Assembly: GCA_964035545.1 (NCBI GenBank) | Contig: OZ037769.1 | Span: 14,848,633-14,912,632, forward strand | From: Bugula neritina | Taxonomy: Eukaryota > Animalia > Bryozoa | Length of the DNA: 64,000 nucleotides | Direction: 5' to 3' | In this document: positions 35,538 through 49,346 of the stretch, one piece after another | How positions within the stretch are numbered: the stretch's first letter is position 1 | Layout: each line of letters opens with the position of its first letter | The notes under the pieces: generated by a model | What the model saw: the letters and a program-made list of their open reading frames with translations, nothing else | The model's database searches: none | Told to the model about the DNA's origin: nothing | Translations under genes and position numbers: made by a program

Positions 35538-36239
35538 ATTTTCTCTTTCATTATATTTGTTTGAGACTCTAATTAGCAGTCAAAATGGGTAAAATTAAAT
35601 TGAGGCAGCCAATAATGCTTAGAGACTGGTATTGCTGGTGTGTACCAGAACCTCTTTTAACTAAACCTGTACTTTTTATAAGAACTCATGTTCTTCATTT
35701 GTGTATAAGCTTGACAAATTTGTTTCTGCAAGATTTACTGTGAAAATCAATAGCTTATTTGCAATCGGCCTTGGGTTGTTTATCTAGTATATCAATTTAT
35801 ATACATAGTTGGTTATGCGATGAGATCATGTTTATTGAACCAATACATTTTTTACATTTTGCAACCTTGAATACATGAAGCATGCAGGAAAACCTAACTC
35901 AGATGATCCTAAAATGCAATATAATGACATTGTATTCAATGGTGTGGTATATGACCGGAATGATTGTTCATGGTTATTGACGCATAAAGTCAATCAGTTT
36001 CCAGTCGGTAATATTTAAATAATGTGCAATCATTATTGGTTGTATCATGTTTTTGACCTGAGAAGTTTACTATTTGCTTACATTACAAAATTTACAGATT
36101 AGATTAGGAAATGATTTCGAAGAAGTTTTTACGTCAGAAACTGTTTGGTCATGATTGTATATTTAGAACTTTGGTAAGTGTGAAGGGTGATTGGTGTAAA
36201 CAGGATAGTGTAGCCTTTTTGCAGTTGTTCTACATCATA

Positions 36240-36350
36240 GAAGCAGCCATCATGGCTGCGGGGTTTGGGCAATGGCCTTGTAATTACAAGGTCAGCGGTT
36301 TGATCCCCAGTAAAGGTCATTGGAGGTGTTAAATCATAAAAAGAGCATTA
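36240..36350 (+). mobile_element. tRNA-derived SINE, family 1 (diverged copy)
   Basis: gcagccatcatggctgcggggtt...ggtttgatccccagtaaaggtcattggaggtgtt matches the reverse complement of the other family-1 copies. Confidence 0.6.
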
Positions 36351-37019
36351 TATGCAGCCCTAATTGCTCCTTTGCACATGAGACCTATATTGAAAAATTC
36401 TACAGCACATTGAAAAAGCATTTTTCCATCAGTGGTTGTTATCGTGATGGTGACTAAAAGCTCATATAATTTTTTTGTTCAATAATGTCCTTTGGCAATA
36501 TTAAAACTGTTAGCTTTTTACGCATCATGGTAAGCTTTGCTAACAAAACTATAGTGTCCGTAAATGCAAACACTATAAATAATACGTAGAAAGCTATTTT
36601 TGTCTTTATGAATTATTATAAAGGAATCATTTATATATATCTGATACATGTTGTCTTTTTGTCCTTCAGCAAATCTAAAAACTCAAGTATATGCGTTAAA
36701 TCAAAAGCATGCTAATTACAAATACTAACAACATACAGTTTTCAGTATTTTGTACAGCTTTTATTTTAGAACATTTAAAATAAAAAGTTTTTCACGATTG
36801 ATGTATTTGCTTTTGCAACTAGAGAAAAGCATAATTCTGTATTTCACTGAGTAAGCTCGTGATTTTAAATGACATGAACATGAATTGCAGATAAGATTTC
36901 ATGCTACATGCCATTCACTTAAAGATAAAGAGTTTGAGCATGCACAAACATTTGCTATACACAAGGAAAAAACAAGGATAGAGTATGAGACAATTTGACA
37001 AAAAACTTCAAATGAGACA

Positions 37020-37459
37020 AAATAATAAAGGAAAGTCTCTATTGAATGTTGAGGACACAAGGTGAATTTTCCTGTCAAATATGTATTTAATATGCAAGGC
37101 CATTGGTTGATGAAAATTACTCTACTTTAAAGGATATGTTTAATGCACTTAGTTGACAAGGCTATAGGTTTAGTATAGGAGGAAGTAATTTCCGGGACAG
37201 AGCTTAACTGAAAATTGAAATGCTTAGTAATGCTGAACAAAGGGCAATTTTATGAACGAGCATGTACTCAAAACTGGCTTATTGGGATACTGACAGTATT
37301 TAAATATAAAAGGAGGTCTGCATTAAGTATAGAAATATAAGCATACCAAACGACAGTTAGGGCAGTTGCTCTGATTAAATAGCTACTGTTTGTTTGCTGA
37401 AACTAAAACAAATCAAAATTCAGGAAGTTTTTGGAATTATTTTTTCAGCTAAATAAAAG
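37020..37459 (+). promoter_or_regulatory. Distal copy of the duplicated promoter/non-coding first exon module of paralog 2
   Basis: Collinear with 37600-37986; TATAAAA at 37305; acagtt at 37353; donor AAG|gtaagt at 37459. Confidence 0.55.
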
Positions 37460-37599
37460 GTAAGTTTCGTTACAAAACATTTTCCAAAGTAAGCTATACG
37501 ACACTTTTCCTGGATAAGCAATATAAGAGTACTTAAACCATGTGTTCTGATGAACAAGATTAAAGATGAGATTAAAATTTAGAACAAGTCAAAATTGAA

Positions 37600-37986
37600 G
37601 ATAAAAGAAAGTGTCTATTGAATTGTTAAGACCTTGTCTATGAAGCATAGGTGCTTGTCATATAAGGAAGTTGATTGTCGCAATCAGCTCTATTTCAAAG
37701 GATATACTTACCACTCCTGTAACAAAGAGCTGGGCTAGAAAAACGCAAGTCATTGTAGAAACATACAGTGCTAGAAAATAATGAAATGCTTAGTAATGTT
37801 TAACTAAGGGCAAGTCTACAGATAAGCAAAACCAATGTTAGCGTAATAGAAAGTTTACAGCATTTATATATAAACAGGTGCATGCTGAAAAACAGTTAGA
37901 AGAGTTGTTGTGATTGAATAAGTCTTGTTTGCTTGTTGAAGCTATAAGAAATTTTTTTGTAAACCAACAGTTTAAAAAAAACCAAG
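37600..37986 (+). promoter_or_regulatory. Proximal promoter (TATA at 37865, Inr-like CAGTT with A at 37894) and non-coding exon of paralog 2
   Basis: TATATATAAA starts 29 nt before the A of CAGTT; module conserved with 63070-63220 (- strand); donor AAG|gtataa at 37986. Confidence 0.65.
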
Positions 37987-38236
37987 GTATAATTTATACA
38001 AGAGAAAGCAAACTAACTTTATTATTTTCTATTAATTGATCTTTGGATGTGAGATAAGTTTTGATAAAAAAATATTTTAAATCATATGCATTAGTTTTCA
38101 ACCAATTGCTTTCATCATTTTATATTTTTTTATTTAATACTTGCTTTAAATAATTTTATTTCATTTTTTTTAAAATTAAGCTTGTATACATCTGTATTAT
38201 TTGTAAAGTAAATTTCAAATTATTATTTCAATAGCA

Positions 38237-41200
38237 ATGACGATCAAAGGACCAAAATTTGTCAAAGATAAAGGATACTCATGGATAATAGTTTTCACAT
38301 CGTTTCTCTCCCACTTTTGCAACATCGGATTTAGTTATGGAATCGGTGGAAACTTGACAATAGCTCATCAAGACTTTTTCAAAGTAGATTTACAGCAAGG
38401 AAGTCTCATTGGAACTGTACACATCGGCGTGCTGTTTTTGTTTGGTAAGAATAATCAATCTGTTATATATTAGACATGACTTTGTTGTAATTAATTGTCA
38501 AATAAAAAATCTTTAAAAGCATAAATAGGTATGCAGATAAAAGCAATCTAAAGCAATAGTCTGAAAATAAAATTAGCTGTAATACCTAGAAATAAGCTGT
38601 TTAAAAAAGCATTGAAGCTATTTAAAGTTGTTTAGGTGCATTTGTTTTACTTCCACTAATTTTTAGATTGCTCAAAATATTGTAACATTTTGTATAGTGA
38701 GGGTAAAACTTGTAAAAAAAGTTTTCATTTTAATAAAGTGCTTTTTTATTTGTTGTGATACAAATTGAATTAACATTTGCTCAAAGATTAGTAATTTAAA
38801 TTAAAGCTCCTTTTGAGAAGTTGTAAAAACTGAATTTTGTTGAATTACTTTTAAGAGCCAAATATAAGTGCAGTAATTTTATAGTTACTATACTTTCAAT
38901 ATTTTTGTTATTATTTATAGTTCATGCAGGGAATGTTTTGCAGAAATCTTATGCACTTCTAATTGAAAACTTTGCATGATTTAATAAAACTTCATGATGC
39001 TTAAAAACTTATAATATTAGTTTAATGTTAACTCAAAAAGTATGTAATGCATATGCACCCAGAAACATTTTTCATAAAAGTATAAATTAATTGTTTGAAA
39101 AATTCTGCATGTATGTTAGAATTTTTTTGGTTTTGTAAAAAATATCTGCAATTCAAACTGATTTTGTGTTAATACCTCATTTTGTGCATAGAGTTGTCTG
39201 CCCTTTTTATCCCGTAGCTTACGATTTGTTTTCAGGTCCAGTCACATCAGTTCTTGTAAAGAAACTGGGCTGTAGATTTACAGAAATTTTTGGAGGCTCT
39301 CTTCTAATATTGGGTCTCGGGCTTTCTGTGCTATCCACACAGCTATGGCATGCCATTATCCTCTACGGCATCTTAGCAGGTGAGAAACACTCTATAACTA
39401 GTAGAACACAATGTAGATATATATACTAAAATAAGCCAATACATTTTTATTGCTATTGAAATATAGGAAAAACTCCATTTTTTTATTTTATTTTTCTTTT
39501 CATCTTGCCGGTTTTTTGAAGCTGCATTTGCTGAGGTGCAAATATTTAAGCCTTTGGTTATACGAACCAATTATGGTTCCATGTTATTCGTTTTATCACC
39601 ACGAAAAATAAACTTTATGTATATGCGTTTTTAGGTATGGGAATTTCCTGCTGCTATACTGCAAGTTCCCAAATATTGGCTGTCTATTTTGACCGGCTAA
39701 AATATTTAGCCTTTTCTCTAGCAGCCCTAGGAATTTATGTTGGTCTAATGACATGGCCCATTCTCTCTCAGTTCCTACTCACTAAATTTGGTTATTCCTA
39801 CGCAATGGGCATCATGGCAAGCGTCCATCTACTGCATATCATAGCAGGAATATCTTTCTTTGAGCCTAAGGAAGAAGAATTAGAAGGTAAAACTATAGTT
39901 TATTGTTTGTAAATAAATTAATAAATAACAACAAATCATTGTAAACATAAATTGGTTAAACTTGAAAAGATGTGCTGTTGGGATTTCAAACGCTAACAGC
40001 CTGTAAAAACCAAACTGTCATCTTGTTGCTTCAGGGTAAAATGATAATAATAAAATTACTCATATCTTTTATTAATAATAGTATTGCAGACGCATCAGCT
40101 GACCTAGACAAAAGTAAACTACCACAAAATTACTTGAGTAGGAAAAATAAACAAGAATTGTCTACTATAACTATTTATTGAAGCTTCATGATCCATATTT
40201 AGAATCATTCGCTACTTTTATCAACCATTTTATGTGGTTTTTATACAGCACAGTCATAAAATGAATAATTCATTTTGCTAAATTGTTCTATCCTAAAAAA
40301 GTTTAAAAGGGTTATTATTATGTATGTTTTCTTTAAATTTGGCATTGTTTTGCACTCTAGGCGGTGAAGACAACTCCGAAGTTGATAGCTATGAGAAACC
40401 AAAGCAACCGATAGATGAAAGTTTTGGTAGAGACAACTTAGCAATGGAATTTAGTCCGGTAAGAATAAGTTGTGACAAATATTATTTTAAGAAGAACATA
40501 TCAACTACTTACTCTTATTATGTTTTATTCCTAATATATTTACAGTATATATAAGATCTCAAAGTGTTTTTATTTGCTCTGTTTGAGAGAAAATTGATCA
40601 TAGCCTTATAGTTGCACACAGTGAATTTTGAGACTGTGCAAGAAAGTGTGAATCATAAAGACTAAGATTGGCCAGTAATAATGACTACTTTGCTATATGA
40701 ATGAGAATTACATTATCAAATTTTTAAGCCAGTTCATTAAAATTTAAATAATAGGCATAAAAATTCACAACTATTTTAAATAATACAACTCACCCATGTT
40801 CCTAATATCACCACGGTTCAAAAAATTGAAACAATTATCTAATTAAAAAATAGTTTAACTTAAAACTATTTTCAAAAAAATAAGTTAAAAAATAAAGCTA
40901 ATTTATTGTTTTAATTTTGCATTTTAGGAAGATTTTACAAGGGACAACAACTCCATGTCTGAGAGCAGCATCTCAGAAACATCTTCAGATATGAGCATTG
41001 AATCAATGACACCAGATCTTAAATCAGACTTTATAGCCTTGCTGAAGTCTTGGAAGGTAAAAATTGTTTATTTAGCTGTTGAGGGTTGAGTCAAACCTTA
41101 GCTTTTTATAAGTATACTGCAGCTTACATGCAGATGTTTTGTATAAGCATTATATATCGTAATTATATCTCTTTTTCTATAAATAGCAAATATAGCTATT

Positions 41201-43588
41201 CAAAATAAATGAATACTATATAAATACTACTTAATAAACTGGAGAGCCCTCTAAATAGTATTTTAATTTAAATTAAAAATTTAATTAAAATTAAATTATT
41301 AAATTATTATGTTTATTTTAGTATTCTATTTTGAAACTGCAGTCACAAAGAATCAAATAAGTTTACCCTGTTAAAATTGGTTATATATATATTAGCACAT
41401 GCAGTTAGCTAAATAAGGAGTTACTAATGCCTTGATTATTATTTATATATATTTTAACAAAAAATATCTAATTTTCAATATTTTTAGATTTGGCTGTTTA
41501 TAATCAGTGGAATGCTCTGGAATATTAACTCTGCAGGATTTCTCATCTTTTTGAATGACTATATAATTAACAATACTAGTATGGATAAAGATGAGGCAGC
41601 TCTAGGAGTAACCATAATAGGTAATGTTCACAAATTAGCTATTTTATACAACTATATTTGGCAAAATGCAACTTATGCCAGATAATTGTTGAGTCTATAG
41701 CAATGTGCTTTGTGCTCTCAGTTTAATATAATATTATGTACATCTACAAACGGTGGGTTTTCATAAATGTTTAAAGAAAATGCAGCATTTTCTTTTTGTT
41801 ATTTTTAAGTTTTACTTTGCTACATACTCTTCCAGTTTGCTTTTTTGCATATGTACACTCACAGGTTGTGTGCGCTTGTGTCTATATATAGCATAAATGA
41901 AAAGTCCTAATGAATATGAGGTGGTCTTTCAAGCTGCTGTATATTTTAAAGATATTTGATGCTAGCATAAACTTGCCGTATATATTACAGACAGGAATTA
42001 TTATTACTAGCTGTAATTCTAAAACTATTAGCCAGTTTTTGGAAAATAAGACAGTTTAGTAAAAAGCATTGAACTGTTTATTTAGAAATATTGTTTATGT
42101 TTGTTCAAATATACCATGTCATAGAGAATCTACATCCACTGAGTGAATAAACTTATAAAACCTAATTTATATATAATTTCAGGTATTGCTAACATAGTGG
42201 GGTGTGTCTCAGTTATTCTCACCAGCTCTCTCAAGTTCAACAGATTCCTTCTCTACTTCTGTGCCATAACATTCTTCGCAGCAGCTACAATTGCAACAGC
42301 CTTCACTAATAGCAAAGTATGTCACTTTTGTAATATGATAAACTTAATGTGCAGTAAAACGTATCCATGGTGGCAGTAATACCATAATATTATAGTTTAG
42401 CAGAACTATGGTTTAGAAATACTCATCTAAAAACTATGGAAAACTTTAAAGCTATGCCCAGTTATCATATGAACATAAATAATATTTATTTAATATAAAA
42501 ATTTAATTATTCACATGTGGCACAGAACCAATTAGGACTAAATACTCTTCCTATAACATCACCAATGGCCTTTGTCGGGTTCGAACCCATGATTTCGTAT
42601 TTACTATAAAACAGACACTCTGACCCCTAGACCACGGCTGCTCCATAAACTGTTAACCTATATATATCTAGTCATTATTACATAAAATTATATTATCTAT
42701 TTATAGATTAATACATAGTATTATAATATTATTTTTCAGGAGATGTATTACAGTTTAGCAGTCTGTTACGGATTAGGACAGAGTGTTACAATAACTTGCA
42801 TCCTCGGGGTAGTCACAGACCTGTGTACTGCTAGTCAAATACCTCTACTGTTTGGACTTAAATTGTTTCCTAAGGGGATTGGTGGAATGGGTGTCTTGCC
42901 TCTGGCTGGTGAGTTTTCAGTTATTAACTTTATTAGTATTTTTTGCCAGAAAAAGTCACCTTAAATATACTATAATAAATAGAATTTCGAATTGCATAAA
43001 GCACTATAATTTTAATTATTTTCAATTTTTGCTTTCGTCACAAAACTGTAGCCGATAATTACACGCATATGTTTGTAAGCTTAAGTTAACTGAGTGTCAA
43101 CCATAATGATTTTTTAATTGTTTTTGGATATTCTACACATATTTACTTATCAGTTAGAAAGTATAAGTTTTAGTAATCCTAGATATTATTTGAAATTTAA
43201 TTTATGTTACTAGCAAATAGCATTAGTGACAATATTGTAAAGAAAAAATAATTATACAAATATTTGGCAAAATTTTACACAATCTGCTGGTAACATTAAA
43301 AAGTATGCCAATAAATCTATTTTTAGTGCATGAAAAATATTTACATGTAATATGCTTTTTTGACAATTTAATGAAGCCCGACTGCTACATAACGAATATG
43401 TTTTAAAATTTAAATTAAAAAACATATTTTTTGTTTTAGCATTCATAGGAGAAGCTACCGGTGAAAGATATGGAATAATATTTGTTGGTTGCTGTGGAAT
43501 TCTAGGAGCTTTAACTATACTTCCTGTAGTTGTACTGAATTTAATGAAAGGAAAGACTACTTCTAATTCAGACGACAGCTCTGAATAA
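38237..43588 (+). CDS. SLC16/MCT-like MFS transporter, paralog 2 (intact, 471 aa; TM11-Lys/Lys type)
   Basis: Exons 38237-38444, 39236-39379, 39635-39886, 40361-40458, 40928-41056, 41488-41620, 42183-42316, 42740-42908, 43440-43588 (1416 nt, open); intron positions and phases identical to paralog 1. Confidence 0.92.
42534..42644 (-). mobile_element. tRNA-derived SINE, family 1
   Basis: catcaccaatggcctttgtcgggttcgaacccatg...ccctagaccacggctgctcc; B-box GGTTCGAACCC. Confidence 0.75.
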
Positions 43589-46099
43589 TCTTGTAAAAAT
43601 TGTGTATGCCATAATTTTAATCTTTTATAACTGTGTTGTGAATAGTGAATACTCAGGAATTACAAAACTGACTCAAAATTTATTTAAAAAAATGACAAAA
43701 ACTGTATATACTTTTATTTATTATACTCAAGAAAACAATACATATGTGTTTTTTATAACTTATGCATCTAGATCTCTCTTTATCCATTCATATATACACC
43801 AAACAGCGCTTCTTAATTGCCTTCTTTTTTCTTTAAAGCTAAGCACATTGTTTTACAACTATATATAATTATCATATACTGAATCACACTTTTTTTTTAC
43901 TAGAAACCAGGTTTTAAATGTATGTTATTTTGCTGTATGAATTTGAGAGGAATTTAATTGTATATTTTTGACAAAAATTATATTTTTTATATTTGGTCAA
44001 ACCTACACTCTAAATTGATTGTAAAATTATTTGATTATGTGATATATTTATTTTTATAAACTAAATAAACTTGAGATTGTCCCCTCACTCTAGAATTTGT
44101 TCTCTCTATGATTTTTTAAAACGGAAAGCAGCTAGGCAGATAATGGTATGATGCAACAGAAATGATTAAAAGCTCATGCATACTATGCAGTTATGGAATA
44201 TCACTGTATATTAATTAAAGAAGCAAATTTTTAGTTTTTTTTCATTTTGTTTTAATTACAAGTGCTTATTTTTTGGGCTGTCATTTTTAGACAAGTTCAA
44301 TTTTGTTATACTCTCACGCACATAGGCTGTTGGTAATAATATAAAAGGTCTTTTAATCAACATTGCTCTTGCTTTACTAAAATTGTTTGAAGCCAAGCCA
44401 ATAGTGCATCAATATATTTTAAAACTATAATTGGTTTTGAAAAAATTTCAAAGTACTCTAGCAAGTAATTTCAATTAAAAGTAAAATTTTCATATACAAA
44501 TTAAGTTGTTACATATTGAAATCATTTAAAAATGAATTAAAATCTTTAAAAAAGATTGAATTGTGCTGTGACTAATTTTTATTTTTACAAAATAAAAACA
44601 AATAAATTTACATTTTGTTACCAATGAAATACAAAAATAAGAAAATTATTTATTTGACTTTTTAATATAATTCTGATCATTGTTATTTTGATAAATATTA
44701 GTTTTTGTTGATTCAATCTTTTAAAGTCAGGTGGTTTTTTTATTTATAGATATAGCTGCAAAATCTTTATGGGAGTTTCCCTCTCTTTAAACTAAGTACA
44801 ACTACAGGAAGTATAGCCAAAGCTCCTAAAACTCCGCAGCCACCAACAAATATTATTCCATATCTTCCTCCACTAGCTTCTCCTATGTAGGCTAAAACAT
44901 AAAAAATGTCATCGGCGATTGTCTCCTCTTGTTACTCTTCAAAAAGTTTCTCTAAATGCAAAGCAATAAAAAATTTAATAATTAAACTAACTGGGAGTTT
45001 TAATGTGAAAAATATGGCAACTGGTGTTAATTTTTTCAGAAATTTTGTCTGGCACTAATTTTGTTAAAGTATGAACTTTTTATTATCACATTGATGAAGC
45101 TATACCTATTGTAATCTACTGTAAGTATATAGGACAGTATGTGATATAGATAGATTATGAGATTGCTGCTTAGCACGTATTTATAAAGCATATTACATGC
45201 ATATATATATAATTACATAAAGAATGCATGTTCTACTAGTAAAACTATTACATACATTATAAAACTTAGCATAGAGCATACAAATTTTATAAGAACTTGA
45301 CAACTATAATATCTTAAACAAATGGAAAAAATAAATTGAATTGTTCCAATTTTAGAATTCTGCTAAAATTTTTAAAAAATAATTTTTGTTGAATAAAAAA
45401 AAGAAAAAAACTTATACAACTTAGTTTGCAGGTATCTAATGTAAATGATGTTATGGAATATTATGAAAAAGTAAATTAGTCAATTTGGTAGCGGACTAAA
45501 TTAAAAGTTAGCTCTATTGTTCCAAGCAAGATTTATAGTGCTGCTGTAAAGCAGTTAATTAAAAAAAGAAAATTAAATCACAATGCCTAAAGTTTTATAA
45601 AACCAACATGCAAATCACGATGAGTAACTGGGCAAATGTAACCTACCAGCTAGAGGTACTAGAGTTATCCCTCCAATACCTTCAGCCAATAACAGGATTC
45701 CAAACAGTAGAGGTAGTTGACTAACAGAACACAAATCACTGACTACTCCAAGTAGAGAGGATAATTATAGTAATACTCTGTCCTAATCCCCAGCATGCTG
45801 CTAAACCATAGTACATCTCCTAAATAAAGTATAATATTCATTTGTTCTGCGTGTCTATACAAGCAATATATTATGTTGAGCATTAAGTTTATTGTTGAAA
45901 AAAAAAATGCTATCCTTTGACATGTCAATGTTTTTAAGCAGTTGATGGCTTTATTTTATATTATTGGTGTATTTACAAACTTGACTTTGCGTTTTACACT
46001 CTGGATATCATATTTTTTCATTCCACCACAATTGATTGGAAAATTTCTAATGAAGCCACTTTTTTATTATACTGCTCACATGCAGTGTGAAAAATAATT

Positions 46100-46175
46100 G
46101 CCCCCACCGGGATTTGAACCACAGAAATCCGACTTGCAAGCAGGCACGCTAAATAATTACACCATCGGAGCTGCT
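46100..46175 (-). mobile_element. tRNA-derived SINE head, family 2
   Basis: Minus strand agcagctccgatggtgtaattatttagcgtgcctgcttgcaagtcgg...ggttcaaatcccggtgggggc. The cloverleaf is degenerate; related copies at 50563, 56831 and 58481. Confidence 0.65.
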
Positions 46176-49100
46176 GGGTTAACACAACACTACAAGTGCC
46201 ATTACAAAGTTGATTTTAAATGCTTTTGCTATCAATTAGTGCTCTGTGTTTTATTATAGTTAGTACATTAACTAACGGTTATAGTTAGAGGTTGAAATTT
46301 AATTATTCTTTTCTAAAAAAGTAAAAGCTATAGCATGATGTTTCAAAATAGACTACAGCTTTATATATACTACTTTTCATACCTTGCTATTAATAAAAGA
46401 TGCCACAATAGCAGCTCCTCCAAATAAGGTTATGGCACAGAAGTAGAGGAGGAATCTGTTAAACTTGAGAGAGCTGGTGAGAATAACTGAGACACACCCG
46501 ACTATGTTAGCAATACCTGCAAAGATAAAATACAATTCTGTAAGCTATTATGTAAAACATATATCTATGGCTTCAATTAAATTAAATTTGGTTAAAAAAA
46601 ACATTTTCGAACCTTATATAGCAAATTGTGGCGCAAAAATTAGGATATATAGCATTATATAAACTGAAGCTTAATAAATGCACCACATTTCCATTACATC
46701 AATATATTTATGCTGTTCTCCTCAATAAAACCTTTAACATTTTGATTAAAACTATATAATCATTATTTGTTTGGTTATTTAAAGAATATTTATGAGGAAT
46801 TTTTGACAGTCAAACAGAAAATATATTTTACATTTGTACTAGTTTAACATCCAACAAAGTGTTGTTCATTAGACGGAGATTGCGACAATTTGCATTAATA
46901 ATGACAGTTCATACAATAACTGAATGCAAAAAGTGTAGATAAGTTGAAATACTTCAACAATAGATAGAGATGTATCAATTGTTCTGACCTAAGTACACAC
47001 TCACTTCCGAGAACACACACAGACACATGTGATAGACTGTGAATTGTTACCTATTGCAGTTACTCCAAAAGCTGCCTCATCTGCATTCATACTAGTATTG
47101 TGAACTATGTAGTCATTCACCAATATTAGAAATCCAGCAGCATTTGTATGCCAGAGTAGCCCATTAATCATCAACGACCAAATCTAATAACAGTTCAAAC
47201 CATCTTCATCTTGATAATCAAAAGCCAAAACAAATTGCCTACTAGTAGATCAAAGAATCGGAATTTCCCACAAAATAAGCATGCATTAGATATAGTTATG
47301 CAAAATATAATTTAGTATAGAGTAAATGATGCATTTTAACAATTGGTGTAGCAAAGGTGCAGATAACCCTTATTGATTAGCTTGTTGTTTTATTGTCGTT
47401 TAGCAAGACAACTCCTAAGTTATTTCATGCTAATGACAAACATGTAAAGTTATCAGCTGTGATAATCTGCAACGATTGCCATGAGATTTATAAACTAGAT
47501 ATCTCTAACCTTCCAGGACTTCATTAAAACAATAAATTCTGTTTTAAGATCTGGAGTTGGTTCAAGGTTTACTACTGAGGAAGATTCTGTAGTGCTGCTT
47601 TGAGATTCAGAGTTGCTTTCTCTTGCATAATCTTCCTAAAACATGATAAACAAATGAAAGTTTATTGTCAAATTATTTATTTTTGAACCTTACTTTGGGT
47701 AACAGGTGCTCTTACTGTGAGTACATGCCTCAGCTTATAAGTTTATTATATATATTCAAGTGACCTAAGTTGTGTTATGTTTTTGTTTACTAAGCATTAA
47801 TTTGAGATGAAATGATATATTCCACACATATTAATTGATAACAACTTTTAGTAGTGCAACATATAACATGTGTTTATTGGTTTGATTTATTGATCTATAC
47901 ATTACTCTGTTGAACAAAAATACTTTAGCTCACCTTGTTGACTTCTAATGCTAAATTATCTTCACCCAAACTCTCCTCAATTGCGGGATCAGGCTTATCC
48001 GAAGCGGTAACTTCAGAGTTGAGTGCACTCTCTGTATAAAATTATTTGTTTCCATAATTAGACTAAAGGTTGAGGTACTTTTTTTGTACGAATTAACTAA
48101 AGGGCAAATTTTATGCATAGTGAACATCAGCCCATAAAAAATATTTGATGGAAGTCTCCCAAATAGCACTTAAATCACTGCTCTTCTTGAATACAGCTTT
48201 TGATGTGACAAAAAGCTATTATTAATGAACAAACAATTGCTTTGTGTAGCAACACTACTGCAGGATAAATATGAAGACATGAAAACTGCACCTGCAGTGT
48301 TTTATAGAATTAGGCAAAAATCTTCTGATTGCATCACTTCCTTCACAACAAGCTGTTTTCAAGCAGTAATTTCTAGTTTTACCTTGTAAGCTTTCGTCTT
48401 TAGGTTCAAAGAATAATATTCCAGCTATGATATGAAGTAGATGGGCGCTTGCCATGATACCCATAGCCTGGGAGTATCCAAACTTATTGAGTAGAAATTG
48501 AGAGAAGATGGGCCATGTAATTAGACCCACATACCCTCCTAGTACTGCTAGGGGGAATGCTAGGTATTTCCGTTGTTCAAAATGTAACGCCAATATTTGG
48601 GAACTTGCAGTATAGCAACAGGAAATCCCGATGCCTAAAACACAACAATAGGTTTCAACTGATAAGACAAAAGGTATAATTCTCATCCTGAAATTGTTGA
48701 ATTTTTTCATATCTATAATAAAAAAATATCAGCACACATTAGCTAGCCTTTTTACTATTATATGCATTCATCTTATCATATATCATAGATATATATCAGT
48801 TTTGGTATGCTTCTATTAGGTGAATTTTTTTCAATCGCTAGATGGTTGCACTTGAAAAAAAACTGTCAATCCAAATCTATTTTCAAAACATAAATTAGTC
48901 TAGAATAAAATATGAAACTCCAGCATAAATCAACGAATTGAAATAAAACACTGCGCTCATATAATAAAAATGATCAGAGTTAGGATCTATATTTACAAAA
49001 AATTGTCTAAAATAATATAATGTAGACTATATAAAACATTTATTGCCGAAATTAAAAAAAATTCTTGCAGCCTTACATAGGTACATCTAGAAAAATATTC

Positions 49101-49346
49101 TAACTTTAGCTGTTATTATTACCTGCCACAATACCATAGAGAATGATGGCATGCCAAAGATCTCTAGAGAAAGCAGAGAGACCAACTCCGGCTATAAGAA
49201 GGAAACCTCCAAGAAGCTCTGTAAACTGACAACCCAGTTTCTTGATCAAGATGGATGCTATGGGACCTGCATATGCCATAGAGCACATTACTTAAAGAGG
49301 ATAAATATTAACCCCAAAACCCACATGCCTCAGTATCTCATTGCCT

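Noticed and set aside
46100-46175. tRNA gene calls for the tRNA-like segments
   Set aside because: Acceptor and anticodon stems do not pair properly and the copies are diverged and dispersed; better explained as SINE heads
46465-46662. Similar + strand ORFs MRELVRITETHPTMLAIPAKIK (also 55137-55388)
   Set aside because: Antisense shadows of exon 7 of the minus-strand transporter paralogs
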